Assembly: GCA_043823785.1 (NCBI GenBank)
Contig: JBDRAM010000132.1
Location: 1 to 55,558 of the forward strand
From: Candidatus Omnitrophota bacterium
GTDB taxonomy: Bacteria; Omnitrophota; Gorgyraeia; JABMRG01
Reading direction: 5' to 3'
DNA: 55,558 bases
Position numbers and translations under genes: made by a program
Shown: positions 10,286 to 20,704 of the stretch, one piece after another
Position numbering within the stretch: the first letter of the stretch is position 1
Layout of the letters: every line of letters begins with the position of its first letter
Notes under the pieces: model-generated
What the model was told of the DNA's origin: nothing
What the model saw: only the letters and a program-made list of their open reading frames with translations
Databases searched by the model: none

Positions 10286-11287
10286 ATGCAGTTGCTTATT
10301 GTGGGCGGACGCGGCGGTACAAATATAGGCGATTCTTTTTTCAGGGCTGCTGAAAAGATAGGGCTGAATCCGTTTTTGATAAATATCCAAGACGCCTTTA
10401 AGTCCACGAGATTGGTAAGATATATAAACTGGTATCTGATGGGAAAAAGGCCTCCGAAGATAGGTTGTTTCAGCTCTCGGGTTGTTGAAAAGTGCGCGGG
10501 CAACAGGCCAAAATGGCTGCTTGTGACGGGTATGGCACCTGTTGATAAAGATGCGTTGCGCGAGGCAGGCAAACTTAATATATTAAGGATTAATTACCTT
10601 ACTGATGACCCGTGGAATAGGGCGCACTTCTCCAGCTGGTTTTTAAAGGCCTTGCCCTATTATGACATAGTATATTCTACAAGAAAGGCTAATCTCCCCG
10701 ATCTGTCTGACGCGGGCTGCAAAAGGGCCGAATATCTGCCTTTTGGCTATGACCACGAGTTATTCTATCCTGAAACATTGACTGAAGAGGAAAACGAAAA
10801 ATATTCTTCAGATATTATTTTTGTCGGAGGCGCGGACAGGGACAGGATAAAATATATCGATGCCATAATTAAAACAGGCCTCAGGCTTGCTCTCTACGGC
10901 AGTTACTGGGAGCGGTATGCGCAGGCAAGAGATCATACTTTGGGCCAGGCCGGCTTTCAAGAAGTACGAAAAGCTACGCGCGCAGCTAAAGTAGCACTGT
11001 GCCTTGTAAGAAAGGCGAACCGTGACGGCCATTCTATGCGTTCTTTTGAGATACCTGCTACAGGAACATGCATGCTAACGGAGGATACACAGGAACATAG
11101 GCTTTTTTTTGGCGAAGAAGGTAAATCAGTTATTTATTTTAGCGATCCCGCAGAGATGGCTGAAAAGCTCAGATGGCTCACCCGGCATGAATCTGAAAGA
11201 AGGCGGCTTGCGGAGGCAAGCCGCCGGCTGATAGTAAACGGCTCCAATACCTACGCGGATCGCCTTAATCTTATTTTAGGGGTATAG
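10286..11287 (+). CDS. CgeB-like glycosyltransferase (second copy)
   Basis: Start set at ATG 10286 (the track ORF starts at GTG 10274). The C-terminal block SFEIPATGTCMLTEDTQEHRLFFGEEGKSVIYFSDPAEMAEKLRWL matches the CgeB/Glyco_trans_1_2 domain. Confidence 0.5.
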   Translation: MQLLIVGGRGGTNIGDSFFRAAEKIGLNPFLINIQDAFKSTRLVRYINWYLMGKRPPKIGCFSSRVVEKCAGNRPKWLLVTGMAPVDKDALREAGKLNILRINYLTDDPWNRAHFSSWFLKALPYYDIVYSTRKANLPDLSDAGCKRAEYLPFGYDHELFYPETLTEEENEKYSSDIIFVGGADRDRIKYIDAIIKTGLRLALYGSYWERYAQARDHTLGQAGFQEVRKATRAAKVALCLVRKANRDGHSMRSFEIPATGTCMLTEDTQEHRLFFGEEGKSVIYFSDPAEMAEKLRWLTRHESERRRLAEASRRLIVNGSNTYADRLNLILGV

Positions 11288-11289
11288 AG

Positions 11290-12909
11290 ATGTGCGGCAT
11301 TTTAGGGATAGTTACGAGAGATAGCAGAGATAATTTAGGCGAGATTAATATCAGCGCCTTAAAGAATAGAGGGCCGGATGGCAGCGGCAGCTACGTCGAT
11401 GGCGGTGTCGGGCTTTATCATGCCAGGCTTGCGGTAGTTGACAAGAATATTATGGCTAAGCAGCCGATAATAAGCCCTTCCGGCAGCCTCGTCTTAATAT
11501 GCAACGGGGAGGTCTATAACTACCGTGAGATAAAAAAGGTATACAATTATGATTACCAGACCACCTCAGATTGCGAAGTTATTTTAGCCTGCTATAAGGC
11601 TGACGGCTTGCGCGGATTTAGTAAACTCAAAGGCATGTTCTCCTTTGCCATTTACGATAAAGGTGAGAAAAAGGTCATTATATACCGTGATGCCGTCGGT
11701 AAGAAACCGCTGTTCTATTATGAGCAGAAGGAGAGATTTATCTTTTCTTCATCAGTCTCCGCCATAAAAGATAATATATCGGCTGCCTTAAGGATAGACA
11801 AAGATGCCCTCTTGTATTATTTGAAAGAAGGGTATGTAAGGCCGGACATAAGTTTTTATGAAGGAATAATACCTGTCTTACCGGGAGAGTTAATAGAAAT
11901 CAATATCTCTAGTATTACAAAAACGGTCCAGCGCGTCGTTCCTGAGTCAACTGCTTACGATTCCTTTAATTATACGCATGAAGATATTATGGATGAGTCA
12001 AGGCGGCTTTTGACAAAGAGCTTAGAAGCGCGCCTTTATAATGTTAGTATGCCCGTTCTTCTGTTTTCAGGAGGTATAGACTCCACGCTTTTAGCAAAAA
12101 AGATCTCAGCTATAACGAAAAAAAAGATAGCTTGCGTATCCTTAAGGCCTTTTCTACCTTATACATATGATGAGCCCTACGGCAGATTTGCGGTGAAAAA
12201 GCTGGGTTTAAATTTTATTCCAGTGAAGCTTGAAAAAAGAGGCCTTATTGAAAATATAGAACAGGCTATTTATTTGCTAGACCAACCCCTCTCTCTTTAT
12301 GCCTACTACCTGCTTACCTACCTTACCCGCAAGGCAAGAGAGTTTGGGAATATTCTTTTTCTCGGCGATGGTGGTGACGAGGTATTTTATGGATATTCCA
12401 ATATACGCGATTGGTTTGCTGATAATGAGCAAGATATCCCAGCAAGCCCTTACGAGGTTGGCCCTTCTCCGAAACCTAAGCTTAGCGCCTGGGGCCAGAG
12501 GCAGATGACCGTAGATATGCTGGGCCATTCGTTTGTGAAGGTCGATAAGGCGGCATCAGAACAGCAGATGGAGGCACGGTGCCCGTATCTCGACTGGGAT
12601 CTTATGCATTTCATCCGCAGCATACCCTCGGACTATTTTATTAAGTCAAACACGACAAAAATAATATTAAAAGAGATGCTGGAAGAATTCCCCGGCTGGT
12701 TTATTAACAGAAAAAAGATAGGCTTTGAGTTCAATTTTCGCTATCTTATGTTCCCGTCTTACAGGTATATATTTAATGAGATCGATTTTAACATGACAGG
12801 CTCTCTTGAGGCAGAGACAAGAAAACGCAGGTTCTCATACAAGATGATGTTTGATAATTTCGATTATTTTTGGAAAAGGTATATCTTGACAAAGTTTCTT
12901 AAGCATTAA
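11290..12909 (+). CDS. Asparagine synthase-like glutamine amidotransferase (divergent)
   Basis: 539 aa. N-terminal nucleophile MCGILG (Ntn amidotransferase) and PP-loop LFSGGIDST. Confidence 0.85.
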   Translation: MCGILGIVTRDSRDNLGEINISALKNRGPDGSGSYVDGGVGLYHARLAVVDKNIMAKQPIISPSGSLVLICNGEVYNYREIKKVYNYDYQTTSDCEVILACYKADGLRGFSKLKGMFSFAIYDKGEKKVIIYRDAVGKKPLFYYEQKERFIFSSSVSAIKDNISAALRIDKDALLYYLKEGYVRPDISFYEGIIPVLPGELIEINISSITKTVQRVVPESTAYDSFNYTHEDIMDESRRLLTKSLEARLYNVSMPVLLFSGGIDSTLLAKKISAITKKKIACVSLRPFLPYTYDEPYGRFAVKKLGLNFIPVKLEKRGLIENIEQAIYLLDQPLSLYAYYLLTYLTRKAREFGNILFLGDGGDEVFYGYSNIRDWFADNEQDIPASPYEVGPSPKPKLSAWGQRQMTVDMLGHSFVKVDKAASEQQMEARCPYLDWDLMHFIRSIPSDYFIKSNTTKIILKEMLEEFPGWFINRKKIGFEFNFRYLMFPSYRYIFNEIDFNMTGSLEAETRKRRFSYKMMFDNFDYFWKRYILTKFLKH

Positions 12910-12926
12910 TTAACGAAAGATCAGCG

Positions 12927-14135
12927 ATGAAGATAGCTATTGTTGTACATGGAAGATTCCATGCCTTTGACCTGGCGCGCGAATTGATTAATCTCGGGCA
13001 TGATGTTACCTTATTTACAAATTATCCAAAATATATTGTAAAGAAATGGGGCATACCGGCAAAGAATGTGGAATCTTTTTTAATCCATGGTATAGTAAGC
13101 AAGGCCGCGTCCTGGTTGAATGAAAAATTAAAATTTCCTTACCCGGAACCGTTCTTGCATAAATGGTTTTCAACCTGGGCGCGCAAAGGAATTTTAAAAA
13201 AAGATTATGATGTGGTAAGGGTGTTCAGCGGCGTCGCGGAGGAAATTTTTAAAGCGCTTGTTAATAAAAAAGCCCTGAAGATATTGACGAGAGGTTCCGC
13301 GCACATACTATTTCAGCATAAGCTGCTGCTGGAGGAAGAGGAGAGGGCAGGGGTATTTATAGACAAGCCCAAAAGATGGGGGATCAATAGAGAGTTGAGA
13401 GAGTATGAATTGGCGGATTCTATCCAGGTGCTGTCCACTTTTGCACAAAAATCTTTTTTGATGCATGGCATTGCGAAAGACAGGCTAAGCCTGCTTCTTT
13501 CAAGCACGCAGGTTGAAAGATTCCGCCCCGATAAAAAGGTTATTGATGAAAGATGCGGAAGAATCCTTTCGGGAAAACCTTTGCGCATTCTGATGGTAGG
13601 CACATTTTCTTTCAGGAAGGGGATCCTGGATTTTTGTAAAATAGTCTCTTTGACTGGCGAAGCTTTTAGGTTTAGATTTGTAGGCCGCATAAGCAAGGAG
13701 GCCTATGGAGCAGCCCGCGGATATAAAGATAAGATTGAATTTATTCCGCGTAAGTTCGAATTTGAACTGCCCAAATTTTATAATTGGGCAGATATATTTA
13801 TATTTCCTACTATTGAAGACAGCTTCCCGGTTGTCTTAGCCCAGGCGCAGGCAGCCGGGCTCCCGATAGCCAGCTCTGCCAATTGTTGCGCGCCTGATAT
13901 AATAGAAGAGGGAAGATCCGGCTGGGTGCTGCCTATACGCTCTCCCGGCGCTTTTGCCGAGCGGCTTGCATGGTGCGATGCGCACAGGAGCGCTTTATCT
14001 AAAATGGCGCTTAGTATTTATGAGAATTTTAAACCAAGGGGCTGGCCTGAAGTTGCCAAGGATTTTATAGATATGACTAATGAGATTTTGAATAAACACA
14101 CAAGGGCCAACGGCTCCCAGGGAAGGGGCTTGTGA
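12927..14135 (+). CDS. Glycosyltransferase family 4/1 (GT-B)
   Basis: 402 aa. Block EDSFPVVLAQAQAAGLPIASSANCCAPDIIEEGRSGWVL. Confidence 0.75.
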   Translation: MKIAIVVHGRFHAFDLARELINLGHDVTLFTNYPKYIVKKWGIPAKNVESFLIHGIVSKAASWLNEKLKFPYPEPFLHKWFSTWARKGILKKDYDVVRVFSGVAEEIFKALVNKKALKILTRGSAHILFQHKLLLEEEERAGVFIDKPKRWGINRELREYELADSIQVLSTFAQKSFLMHGIAKDRLSLLLSSTQVERFRPDKKVIDERCGRILSGKPLRILMVGTFSFRKGILDFCKIVSLTGEAFRFRFVGRISKEAYGAARGYKDKIEFIPRKFEFELPKFYNWADIFIFPTIEDSFPVVLAQAQAAGLPIASSANCCAPDIIEEGRSGWVLPIRSPGAFAERLAWCDAHRSALSKMALSIYENFKPRGWPEVAKDFIDMTNEILNKHTRANGSQGRGL

Positions 14136-15538
14136 TGAGATATTCTACCAGGTTAAATTTTAACAGCGCTAGCGCCACATTTGTCGCCTTGCTGCACTTG
14201 GCAGTAGCCAATTTCTTTTATTTCAGGGGCGTGCTCAACGAGGTTTATTATTGGGCCGCACTATTTATATTTATCGCGCTTCCTGTATATCTAATAGCTG
14301 CTTTAAGAAACAGGTTTATAATCTATGAGGCGGTCTTTCTAATCTTATTCGGGTTTACGGTTAATTATACCGCAGTCCTTTTCTGGAACCCCGATACTAT
14401 CAACAGCTATGATCACGAAGGAGTAGTCTCTGTTATGAAGTTATTGATAGGCGGAACGCTATTTTTTCTTGTAGGGTATTACATTAAGGCCGGCAAGATC
14501 TTAGCGGCGAAATTACCCATAAGGAATCTTCTGATTTCGAGAGAGCAAATTCTGAGGTTTTCATTAAAATTTTATTTTGTGGGGTGGTTTTTACGTATCG
14601 TGTTTCAGATCCTCGGTGTTCCTCTCTTTGAAGGATGGAGGATACTGAGTACGGTTATGGGCGGTTCTGTGCATACGGCGCTAATGATAGATGCATTTGT
14701 TTATTTTTCTTCCGCGGAATTCAGCATGCCGGCTTCACAAAAGAAAAGAATTCTTGCCAGGCTCATGTTCTTTCTTGTGCTGGAGGTGGTATATGCTATT
14801 ATATATACCGGCATGAGAGAGCTGGTCATTCTGCCTTTTATCCTGATCTTCGTTGTTTACATAAAAGCGAAAAAGAAAATTCCCTATATACTTATTATTA
14901 CCTTTATAATTTTTGCGGTAACATTCGTGATGCCTTTTATAGCAGCCTTCCGTTCTAAGCACTGGTTTGGCGGAACCGCTACGGAATCTTTCAAGCATGC
15001 CTTTGCTACGATATCGGATAAGGAAGAAAGCATTAAAGGAAACGAGGCAGCCCTTAAAAGGCTGTCTAGTTCGCTCTACCTCGCTGTGGTTTGCATAGAA
15101 AAGAAAAAGGAGGGGTTGAGCGTACAAACGTATGAAAATCCCATGGATTATGTTTCGCGTTTTATACCGAGGTTTTTATGGCCAACCAAGCCATATGTAG
15201 ATTATAACCTTATAGGTAAAAAGCTTGGGATTATTGGTGAAGGAGATGTTTCGACCTCGGTCGGCTTGCCCCTCATGGCCTCGATGATCCTCAATAATGG
15301 ACCCGTGGGCGCTATTCTTACATTCTTTATAATAGGAATAATCGGGAGGATATTATGGGAATGGCTCATTGTCCGGACCGGAGCAAACCTGCTGGCCTTC
15401 ATTGTCTATTTTAATACCATATATTTATGGATGAGAGATGAGGAATTTTATGTTTCATTACACAGCACGCTCTCATTTATAATTTATATTTATATCTTTT
15501 TTGGATTTGTTTCGCGAAGCAAACTTTTTAACAGGTAG
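14135..15538 (+). CDS. Polytopic membrane protein, Wzy-type polymerase/O-antigen-ligase-like
   Basis: Start set at ATG 14135 (TGATG overlap). It has about ten hydrophobic helices and one larger loop, and no secure catalytic motif. The call rests on topology and operon context. Confidence 0.4.
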   Translation: MRYSTRLNFNSASATFVALLHLAVANFFYFRGVLNEVYYWAALFIFIALPVYLIAALRNRFIIYEAVFLILFGFTVNYTAVLFWNPDTINSYDHEGVVSVMKLLIGGTLFFLVGYYIKAGKILAAKLPIRNLLISREQILRFSLKFYFVGWFLRIVFQILGVPLFEGWRILSTVMGGSVHTALMIDAFVYFSSAEFSMPASQKKRILARLMFFLVLEVVYAIIYTGMRELVILPFILIFVVYIKAKKKIPYILIITFIIFAVTFVMPFIAAFRSKHWFGGTATESFKHAFATISDKEESIKGNEAALKRLSSSLYLAVVCIEKKKEGLSVQTYENPMDYVSRFIPRFLWPTKPYVDYNLIGKKLGIIGEGDVSTSVGLPLMASMILNNGPVGAILTFFIIGIIGRILWEWLIVRTGANLLAFIVYFNTIYLWMRDEEFYVSLHSTLSFIIYIYIFFGFVSRSKLFNR

Positions 15539-15550
15539 GATATCGCAAAG

Positions 15551-16453
15551 ATGATATATTGCGCCGCAGAACTAGTAAAGCATGCCGGATTAGGAGTACG
15601 CCTTCTACCTTGGGCAAGGTGCCGCATTTTTTCGCACATAAATAAAATACCTATGCTTTCTTCTTGTTGGGCGCAGCTCAGAATAGGCCCCATATTGAGG
15701 AGGGAGCCTGATTTGCAGATTTATCATAATCTGTTTAAAAAAAGAGCAGGGGATATCGGCGGCATACCGAAAATATGGGCTAAATGCAGAGCGGTTAAAA
15801 TCCCGGAGCCCAGCCATTTTACATTCGATGCCAAAAAAGCCCTCCATAGAGATGGAATTGTGATATTTAAAGGCGTGGGTGATAAATTTCGCCCGCTAAA
15901 CGGCTGGAATGAGTTTTTGTATAATGAGATCCTTAGCATAACTAAAGAATGCTGGCAGGAGGAAGCGGAGAGGGCAGAGGGTATCCCAATAGGTATAAAT
16001 ATACGCAAGACAGGCTTTAGGCAGGCGGAAAGATATGAAGATTTTTTTACAACAGGAGGGCTTATAACGCCCTTGAGCTGGTTTGTAGAAAGTTTAAAGA
16101 TTATCCGAAAGGCTGTTGGTTTTTCTGTTAAGGCCTTTGTCTGCTCTGATGCAAAGAAGGAGGAGTTGGATGATGTTCTAAGCATGGAGAATATCGTATT
16201 TATTAAAGGGAGCACGGCTATCAGCGACCTGCTGGCTTTGTCAAAGGCAAAGGTATTGATAGGGTCGGGAGGCAGCAATTTCAGCGCATGGGCGTCTTTC
16301 TTGGGCCAGATGCCCACAATCTCGCATCCGGGCCAGTCCCTTAAGTGGTTTAATGTAGAAAATAAAAGAGGGTTTTATATTGGTGAATTTGATACAGAGC
16401 ACCCGGAAGAGGAGTTCATAAAGCAAGTCAGGTCTATTATAAGCCCTGATTAG
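15551..16453 (+). CDS. Hypothetical protein, possibly GT11-like (fucosyltransferase-fold) glycosyltransferase
   Basis: 300 aa. N-terminal AGLGVRLLPWARC and C-terminal STAISDLLALSKAKVLIGSGGSNFSAWASFLG loosely resemble GT11 motifs I and IV. This is a weak call. Confidence 0.3.
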   Translation: MIYCAAELVKHAGLGVRLLPWARCRIFSHINKIPMLSSCWAQLRIGPILRREPDLQIYHNLFKKRAGDIGGIPKIWAKCRAVKIPEPSHFTFDAKKALHRDGIVIFKGVGDKFRPLNGWNEFLYNEILSITKECWQEEAERAEGIPIGINIRKTGFRQAERYEDFFTTGGLITPLSWFVESLKIIRKAVGFSVKAFVCSDAKKEELDDVLSMENIVFIKGSTAISDLLALSKAKVLIGSGGSNFSAWASFLGQMPTISHPGQSLKWFNVENKRGFYIGEFDTEHPEEEFIKQVRSIISPD

Positions 16454-16485
16454 GCATATTATACATGGAATGAGGCTTATTAAAA

Positions 16486-18345
16486 ATGTGCGGGATCTGC
16501 GGAACAGTAGGTTTTGAGAAAGACGATTTTGTTAAAAAAATGACTCGCGAAATGGTTCATCGCGGGCCGGATGATTCAGGCATATGGCACCATAACCATG
16601 TAGGCCTAGGCCATACCAGGCTTTCGATAATAGATACATCGGATGCCGGGCATCAGCCAATGTCCAACGAAGATGATACAGTATGGATTACCTTTAACGG
16701 TGAAATATATAATTTTATGGAATTAAGAGACAGCCTTCAAAAAAAAGGCCATCTTTTTAGGTCTAGGACTGATACGGAAATTATACTGCACCTTTATGAG
16801 GAATGCGGAGAAAGCTGCCTCGATCAATTAAGAGGTATGTTTGCCTTTGCTATTTGGGATAAAAAGAAAGAGAGGCTTTTTGCCGCGAGAGACCGCTTCG
16901 GGATCAAGCCCTTTTTCTATCACTCCATTGGAAATAAGTTTGTATTCTCCTCAGAGTTGAGGGCGATAATCAAATCCGGCCTGGTAGGTAAGGATATCGA
17001 TGAGGAGGCGATAAGAGATTATTTTATGTATGGTTCAGTTGGGGCTCCCCGCACAATTATAAAGGGCGTATCCCAGCTTCTTCCCGCGCACTATCTTGTT
17101 TTTGAGGGTTCGCGTTTAAGTATAAAAAAATACTGGGATCTTGATTTCAGGCCGAAGGTATCGGGAGCAGTGTTGGGGGAAAGAGAGTATGCCTGTGAAA
17201 TAAGAACCATTTTGGAAGAGGCGGTAAGGATCAGAATGGTAAGCGATGTGCCGCTCGGCGCTTTTTTAAGCGGGGGCGTGGATTCAAGCACAATAGTGGC
17301 GCTGATGCAAAAGCACTCTCCCCTTCCTGTAAGCACATTCTCGATTGTTTTCGAGGAAACGGCATATAGCGAGAGAAGACATTCTGAAAAAGTAGCAAGC
17401 AGATTCGGCACGAACCACAGAGAGATCCTGCTTAGGGGAGAGGATATACTAAGAGATATGCCGTCTATATTAGATTCTATGGATCAGCCCAGCATAGATG
17501 GTTTTAATACGTTTGTTATCTCCAGGGCTGTCAGGGATGCGGGGCTTACCGTAGCCCTATCAGGGCTGGGAGGAGATGAGCTTTTTGGAGGATATTCTTT
17601 ATTTGAGACTTTGCCGCGGCTTTTTAAAGCGGCCAGGGCCATGAAGTTTTTTCCGGGGTTTATTAAGAGGGGTACAGCCGGATTTCTAAAAAATTTTATT
17701 AGGACCAGGCAGGGCCAAAAACTGCTCTTTTCTTTCTTAGATTGCGGCAGTCTTGATGAATTATATTTCTTAAAGCGGTCCGTCTTCCATAAAACGGATA
17801 TTAATAGTATTTTAACAATTGCAGGCACGGAAACAAGCCCTTTTGTTCGGGATACGCAAGGCATCGGACAGACAGATTTGATCAACAGGCTTTCTTTTTT
17901 AGAAATAACCAATTATCTGCAAAATACGCTGCTTCAGGATACCGACCGCATGAGCATGGCTAACTCCCTTGAGGTCCGTGTCCCTTTTCTGGACCATATT
18001 CTTGTGGAGAAAATATTTGAAATACCAGGATACTTGAAGGTTGGCAAAGATTACCCAAAGAGATTGCTTGTAATGTCGGTAAAGGACCTGTTGCCCGAGT
18101 CTATTTATACCCGCCCAAAAAAAGGATTTGTTTTTCCATTTGAGCAGTGGTTTAAGGGAAGGCTAAAAGACTACTGCGCTGAAAAATTTTCAACAAGCAG
18201 CTTAAAGAAGATCCCATTTTTAGATTATACCAAGACGCAAAGCATATGGCGAGATTTTCAGAATGGTTCGGGATTATACAACTATTCATCTATATTATCG
18301 GTTATATCTTTTGTAAATTGGTATGAACAAAACATATTGAAATGA
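16486..18345 (+). CDS. asnB: Asparagine synthase (glutamine-hydrolysing) family amidotransferase
   Basis: 619 aa. MCGICG nucleophile, FLSGGVDSS PP-loop and full-length AsnB architecture. Confidence 0.9.
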   Translation: MCGICGTVGFEKDDFVKKMTREMVHRGPDDSGIWHHNHVGLGHTRLSIIDTSDAGHQPMSNEDDTVWITFNGEIYNFMELRDSLQKKGHLFRSRTDTEIILHLYEECGESCLDQLRGMFAFAIWDKKKERLFAARDRFGIKPFFYHSIGNKFVFSSELRAIIKSGLVGKDIDEEAIRDYFMYGSVGAPRTIIKGVSQLLPAHYLVFEGSRLSIKKYWDLDFRPKVSGAVLGEREYACEIRTILEEAVRIRMVSDVPLGAFLSGGVDSSTIVALMQKHSPLPVSTFSIVFEETAYSERRHSEKVASRFGTNHREILLRGEDILRDMPSILDSMDQPSIDGFNTFVISRAVRDAGLTVALSGLGGDELFGGYSLFETLPRLFKAARAMKFFPGFIKRGTAGFLKNFIRTRQGQKLLFSFLDCGSLDELYFLKRSVFHKTDINSILTIAGTETSPFVRDTQGIGQTDLINRLSFLEITNYLQNTLLQDTDRMSMANSLEVRVPFLDHILVEKIFEIPGYLKVGKDYPKRLLVMSVKDLLPESIYTRPKKGFVFPFEQWFKGRLKDYCAEKFSTSSLKKIPFLDYTKTQSIWRDFQNGSGLYNYSSILSVISFVNWYEQNILK

Positions 18346-19499
18346 AAAAATACACGGAAGGAATAGCCTTAGGAGTAGTAAAGTCGTTTTACGCAATCTC
18401 AAATGGGCTAATAGGCCTATTCCGAAATATGCTTTTTGCACGGGGGGCAATGCCCGGGGACGCGAAAAATATCCTTATCTACAGGGTAGGAAACATCGGA
18501 GACATAATTTGTGCCGTAGCTTCAATGCGTGCCGTGCGAAAAAAATTTAACAAGGCAAAGATATCTTTACTCTCTTCTCCAGGCACGCCCGGGGCAGTAG
18601 GAGCAAGCGAACTTCTCACGGGAGCGGAATTCCTGGATGATATAATAATTTATCATAGAAAAGATATCAAGGGCTTAAAGGGAAAGCTTAGGTTTATTAA
18701 TAGTCTTAGGATGAAAAAGTTCGACATTTTTATAGAATTACCCATGGATCTTACTAATATATTTGTCGAGCTAAGAAACTTATTTTTCGCAAAGATCATA
18801 GGCGCGCGAAAAGCTTTTGGTTTTCATATAAGCACTATTAGGGTTTTTACAAGGGTGCAGTCAAAATATTTGAAATTCTGTAATGAGACTGAAAGGCTGC
18901 TTGAGATACTAAAAAAAGAAGGCCTTGATGTAAAAGATATAGAATCTGAGCTGACAAGGAGCCCTGAGGATAAGAAAGTAATAGATAATTTTTTAAGTAG
19001 TTTAAAGGGTAAGAGGCTGGTTGTATTTAATCCAAACGCGAAGAGAAAAGCAAACTTATGGCCCATGGACAGGTTTGCTGAGGTAGGCAGGTGGTTGATT
19101 AAAAGTTGTGATGCTCAGATATTGATTATCGGCGGAACGCATGACTATGATAGGGCAGAGGGCCTGAAGGAGTCTATAGGTGAAGGAGCGACTAATGCGG
19201 CTGGCGGATTTACTATTTTACAGACGCTTGAGATAATAAAGCGGTCACAGCTCTTAATCAGTAACGACACGGGTGCGGTGCATATGGCCGCATCAGTCGG
19301 TACGCCCGTTATCGGCATATACGCGGCTTGGCAGATCAGGGGCAAGTGGTTTCCGGAAGGCTCCGATAATATTATTTTAAGAGAAGAGCCGAGGTGCCAC
19401 GCCTGCTATTGCGTAGAATGCAGCCATCGCATTTGTTTAGAAGCCATTGGCGCGGAAAAAGTATGCGCGGCCGCAGAGGAGATCTTTCGCAGGATATGA
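18342..19499 (+). CDS. Glycosyltransferase family 9 (heptosyltransferase-like)
   Basis: 385 aa. The block LISNDTGAVHMAASVGTPVIGIY is typical of GT9. ATGA overlaps at both ends. Confidence 0.8.
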   Translation: MKKYTEGIALGVVKSFYAISNGLIGLFRNMLFARGAMPGDAKNILIYRVGNIGDIICAVASMRAVRKKFNKAKISLLSSPGTPGAVGASELLTGAEFLDDIIIYHRKDIKGLKGKLRFINSLRMKKFDIFIELPMDLTNIFVELRNLFFAKIIGARKAFGFHISTIRVFTRVQSKYLKFCNETERLLEILKKEGLDVKDIESELTRSPEDKKVIDNFLSSLKGKRLVVFNPNAKRKANLWPMDRFAEVGRWLIKSCDAQILIIGGTHDYDRAEGLKESIGEGATNAAGGFTILQTLEIIKRSQLLISNDTGAVHMAASVGTPVIGIYAAWQIRGKWFPEGSDNIILREEPRCHACYCVECSHRICLEAIGAEKVCAAAEEIFRRI

Positions 19500-20680
19500 A
19501 AGTTTTGCATGTAATACCAAGCTATATACCCGCATATCGTTACGGCGGCCCGGTAAAAGGTGTACATGAGCTCTGTAAGGCGCTCGTGAGGCGCGGAATA
19601 GATTTACGTGTTTTCACCACAGATGCCGATATTGAGAAAAGATTAAACGTGCCGCTTAATACAGAGCAGGAAGTAGACGGAGTAAGAGTTATTTATCATC
19701 CTGTTGAATTCTTTAAATCTTATTATTATTCCAGCGGCCTTGCCGCGAGAATAAAATCCGAGGTTTCAAAATTTGATATTGTCCATATTCATTCAGTCTT
19801 TCTTTACCCCACATATATAACAGCTTACTGGTGCCGCGTGAAGGGCATACCTTATATTATAAATCCCTTTGGCGCGCTCGACCCGGAGATGATAAAGCTA
19901 AAGAGCGCGATCATTAAAACCCTGTATATAAGAATTATAGAGAAAAAAAATATCGAGAAAGCAGCCACCCTCCACGTCGCTTCGGAGTATGAGAAAGGAC
20001 AGTTTCTCTCTCTGGGGCTTGAGTCATCTGTAACGGTTATCCCGCGCGGGATCGATCTTGATGATTATAAACCCCCTCATCCAGCAAAAGATTTCAGGCA
20101 GCGCCATCCGCAGCTCAAGGGTAAGGAGATAATACTTTCTCTGGGCCGGATACATTTTAAGAAAGGTTTTGATATGCTCGCGGCGGCATTTAAGGAGATT
20201 GTCGCAAAGAGAGAAAAGACACAGCTGGTCATAGCAGGGCCCGATGAAAGAGGTTATGCTGAAAAGGTGAAAGCGCTCTTTGGTAAGCTAAAGCTTCAGG
20301 ATAACGTTCTTTTTACCGGCATGCTGCTGGGAGAAGACAAATTAGCGGCATTTTACGCAAGCGATCTCTTTGTACTGCCTTCTTATGGTGAGAACTTCGG
20401 CATAACGGTATTAGAGGCCATGGCATGCGGAATACCGGTTGTTATAACTAAGAAGGTAGGACTTTCTCCGGATATAGAAAGATATAAGGCAGGTATGGTT
20501 GTGGATTGCGTAAAAGGTCAGATATCCGATGCTATATTGACGCTGCTTGAGAAAAAAGATCTGAGAAGGTCTATGGGAGACAACGGCAGAAGGCTGGTTG
20601 AAGAGAAGTTTACCCGGGATAAGATAGCCGATGAGACAATAAAACTTTACGACTCTATTTTAAAGAAGCGCGTAGTTTAA
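19496..20680 (+). CDS. Glycosyltransferase family 4
   Basis: Start set at ATG 19496 (ATGA overlap; the track ORF from 19394 runs inside the GT9 gene). Blocks MKVLHVIPSYIPAYRYGGP and GENFGITVLEAMACGIPVV. Confidence 0.85.
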   Translation: MKVLHVIPSYIPAYRYGGPVKGVHELCKALVRRGIDLRVFTTDADIEKRLNVPLNTEQEVDGVRVIYHPVEFFKSYYYSSGLAARIKSEVSKFDIVHIHSVFLYPTYITAYWCRVKGIPYIINPFGALDPEMIKLKSAIIKTLYIRIIEKKNIEKAATLHVASEYEKGQFLSLGLESSVTVIPRGIDLDDYKPPHPAKDFRQRHPQLKGKEIILSLGRIHFKKGFDMLAAAFKEIVAKREKTQLVIAGPDERGYAEKVKALFGKLKLQDNVLFTGMLLGEDKLAAFYASDLFVLPSYGENFGITVLEAMACGIPVVITKKVGLSPDIERYKAGMVVDCVKGQISDAILTLLEKKDLRRSMGDNGRRLVEEKFTRDKIADETIKLYDSILKKRVV

Positions 20681-20704
20681 CAATTTTAGTAAATAAGGAA
20701 GAAG

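Noticed and set aside
15724-16317. Long antisense ORFs inside well-supported genes: 197 aa opposite 15551-16453, 209 aa at 36633-37262 opposite rnfC, and 142 aa at 17484-17912 opposite asnB.
   Set aside because: The sense-strand products carry clear family motifs. The antisense translations are low-complexity, Ser/Pro/Leu-rich and motif-free, which is typical of shadow ORFs.
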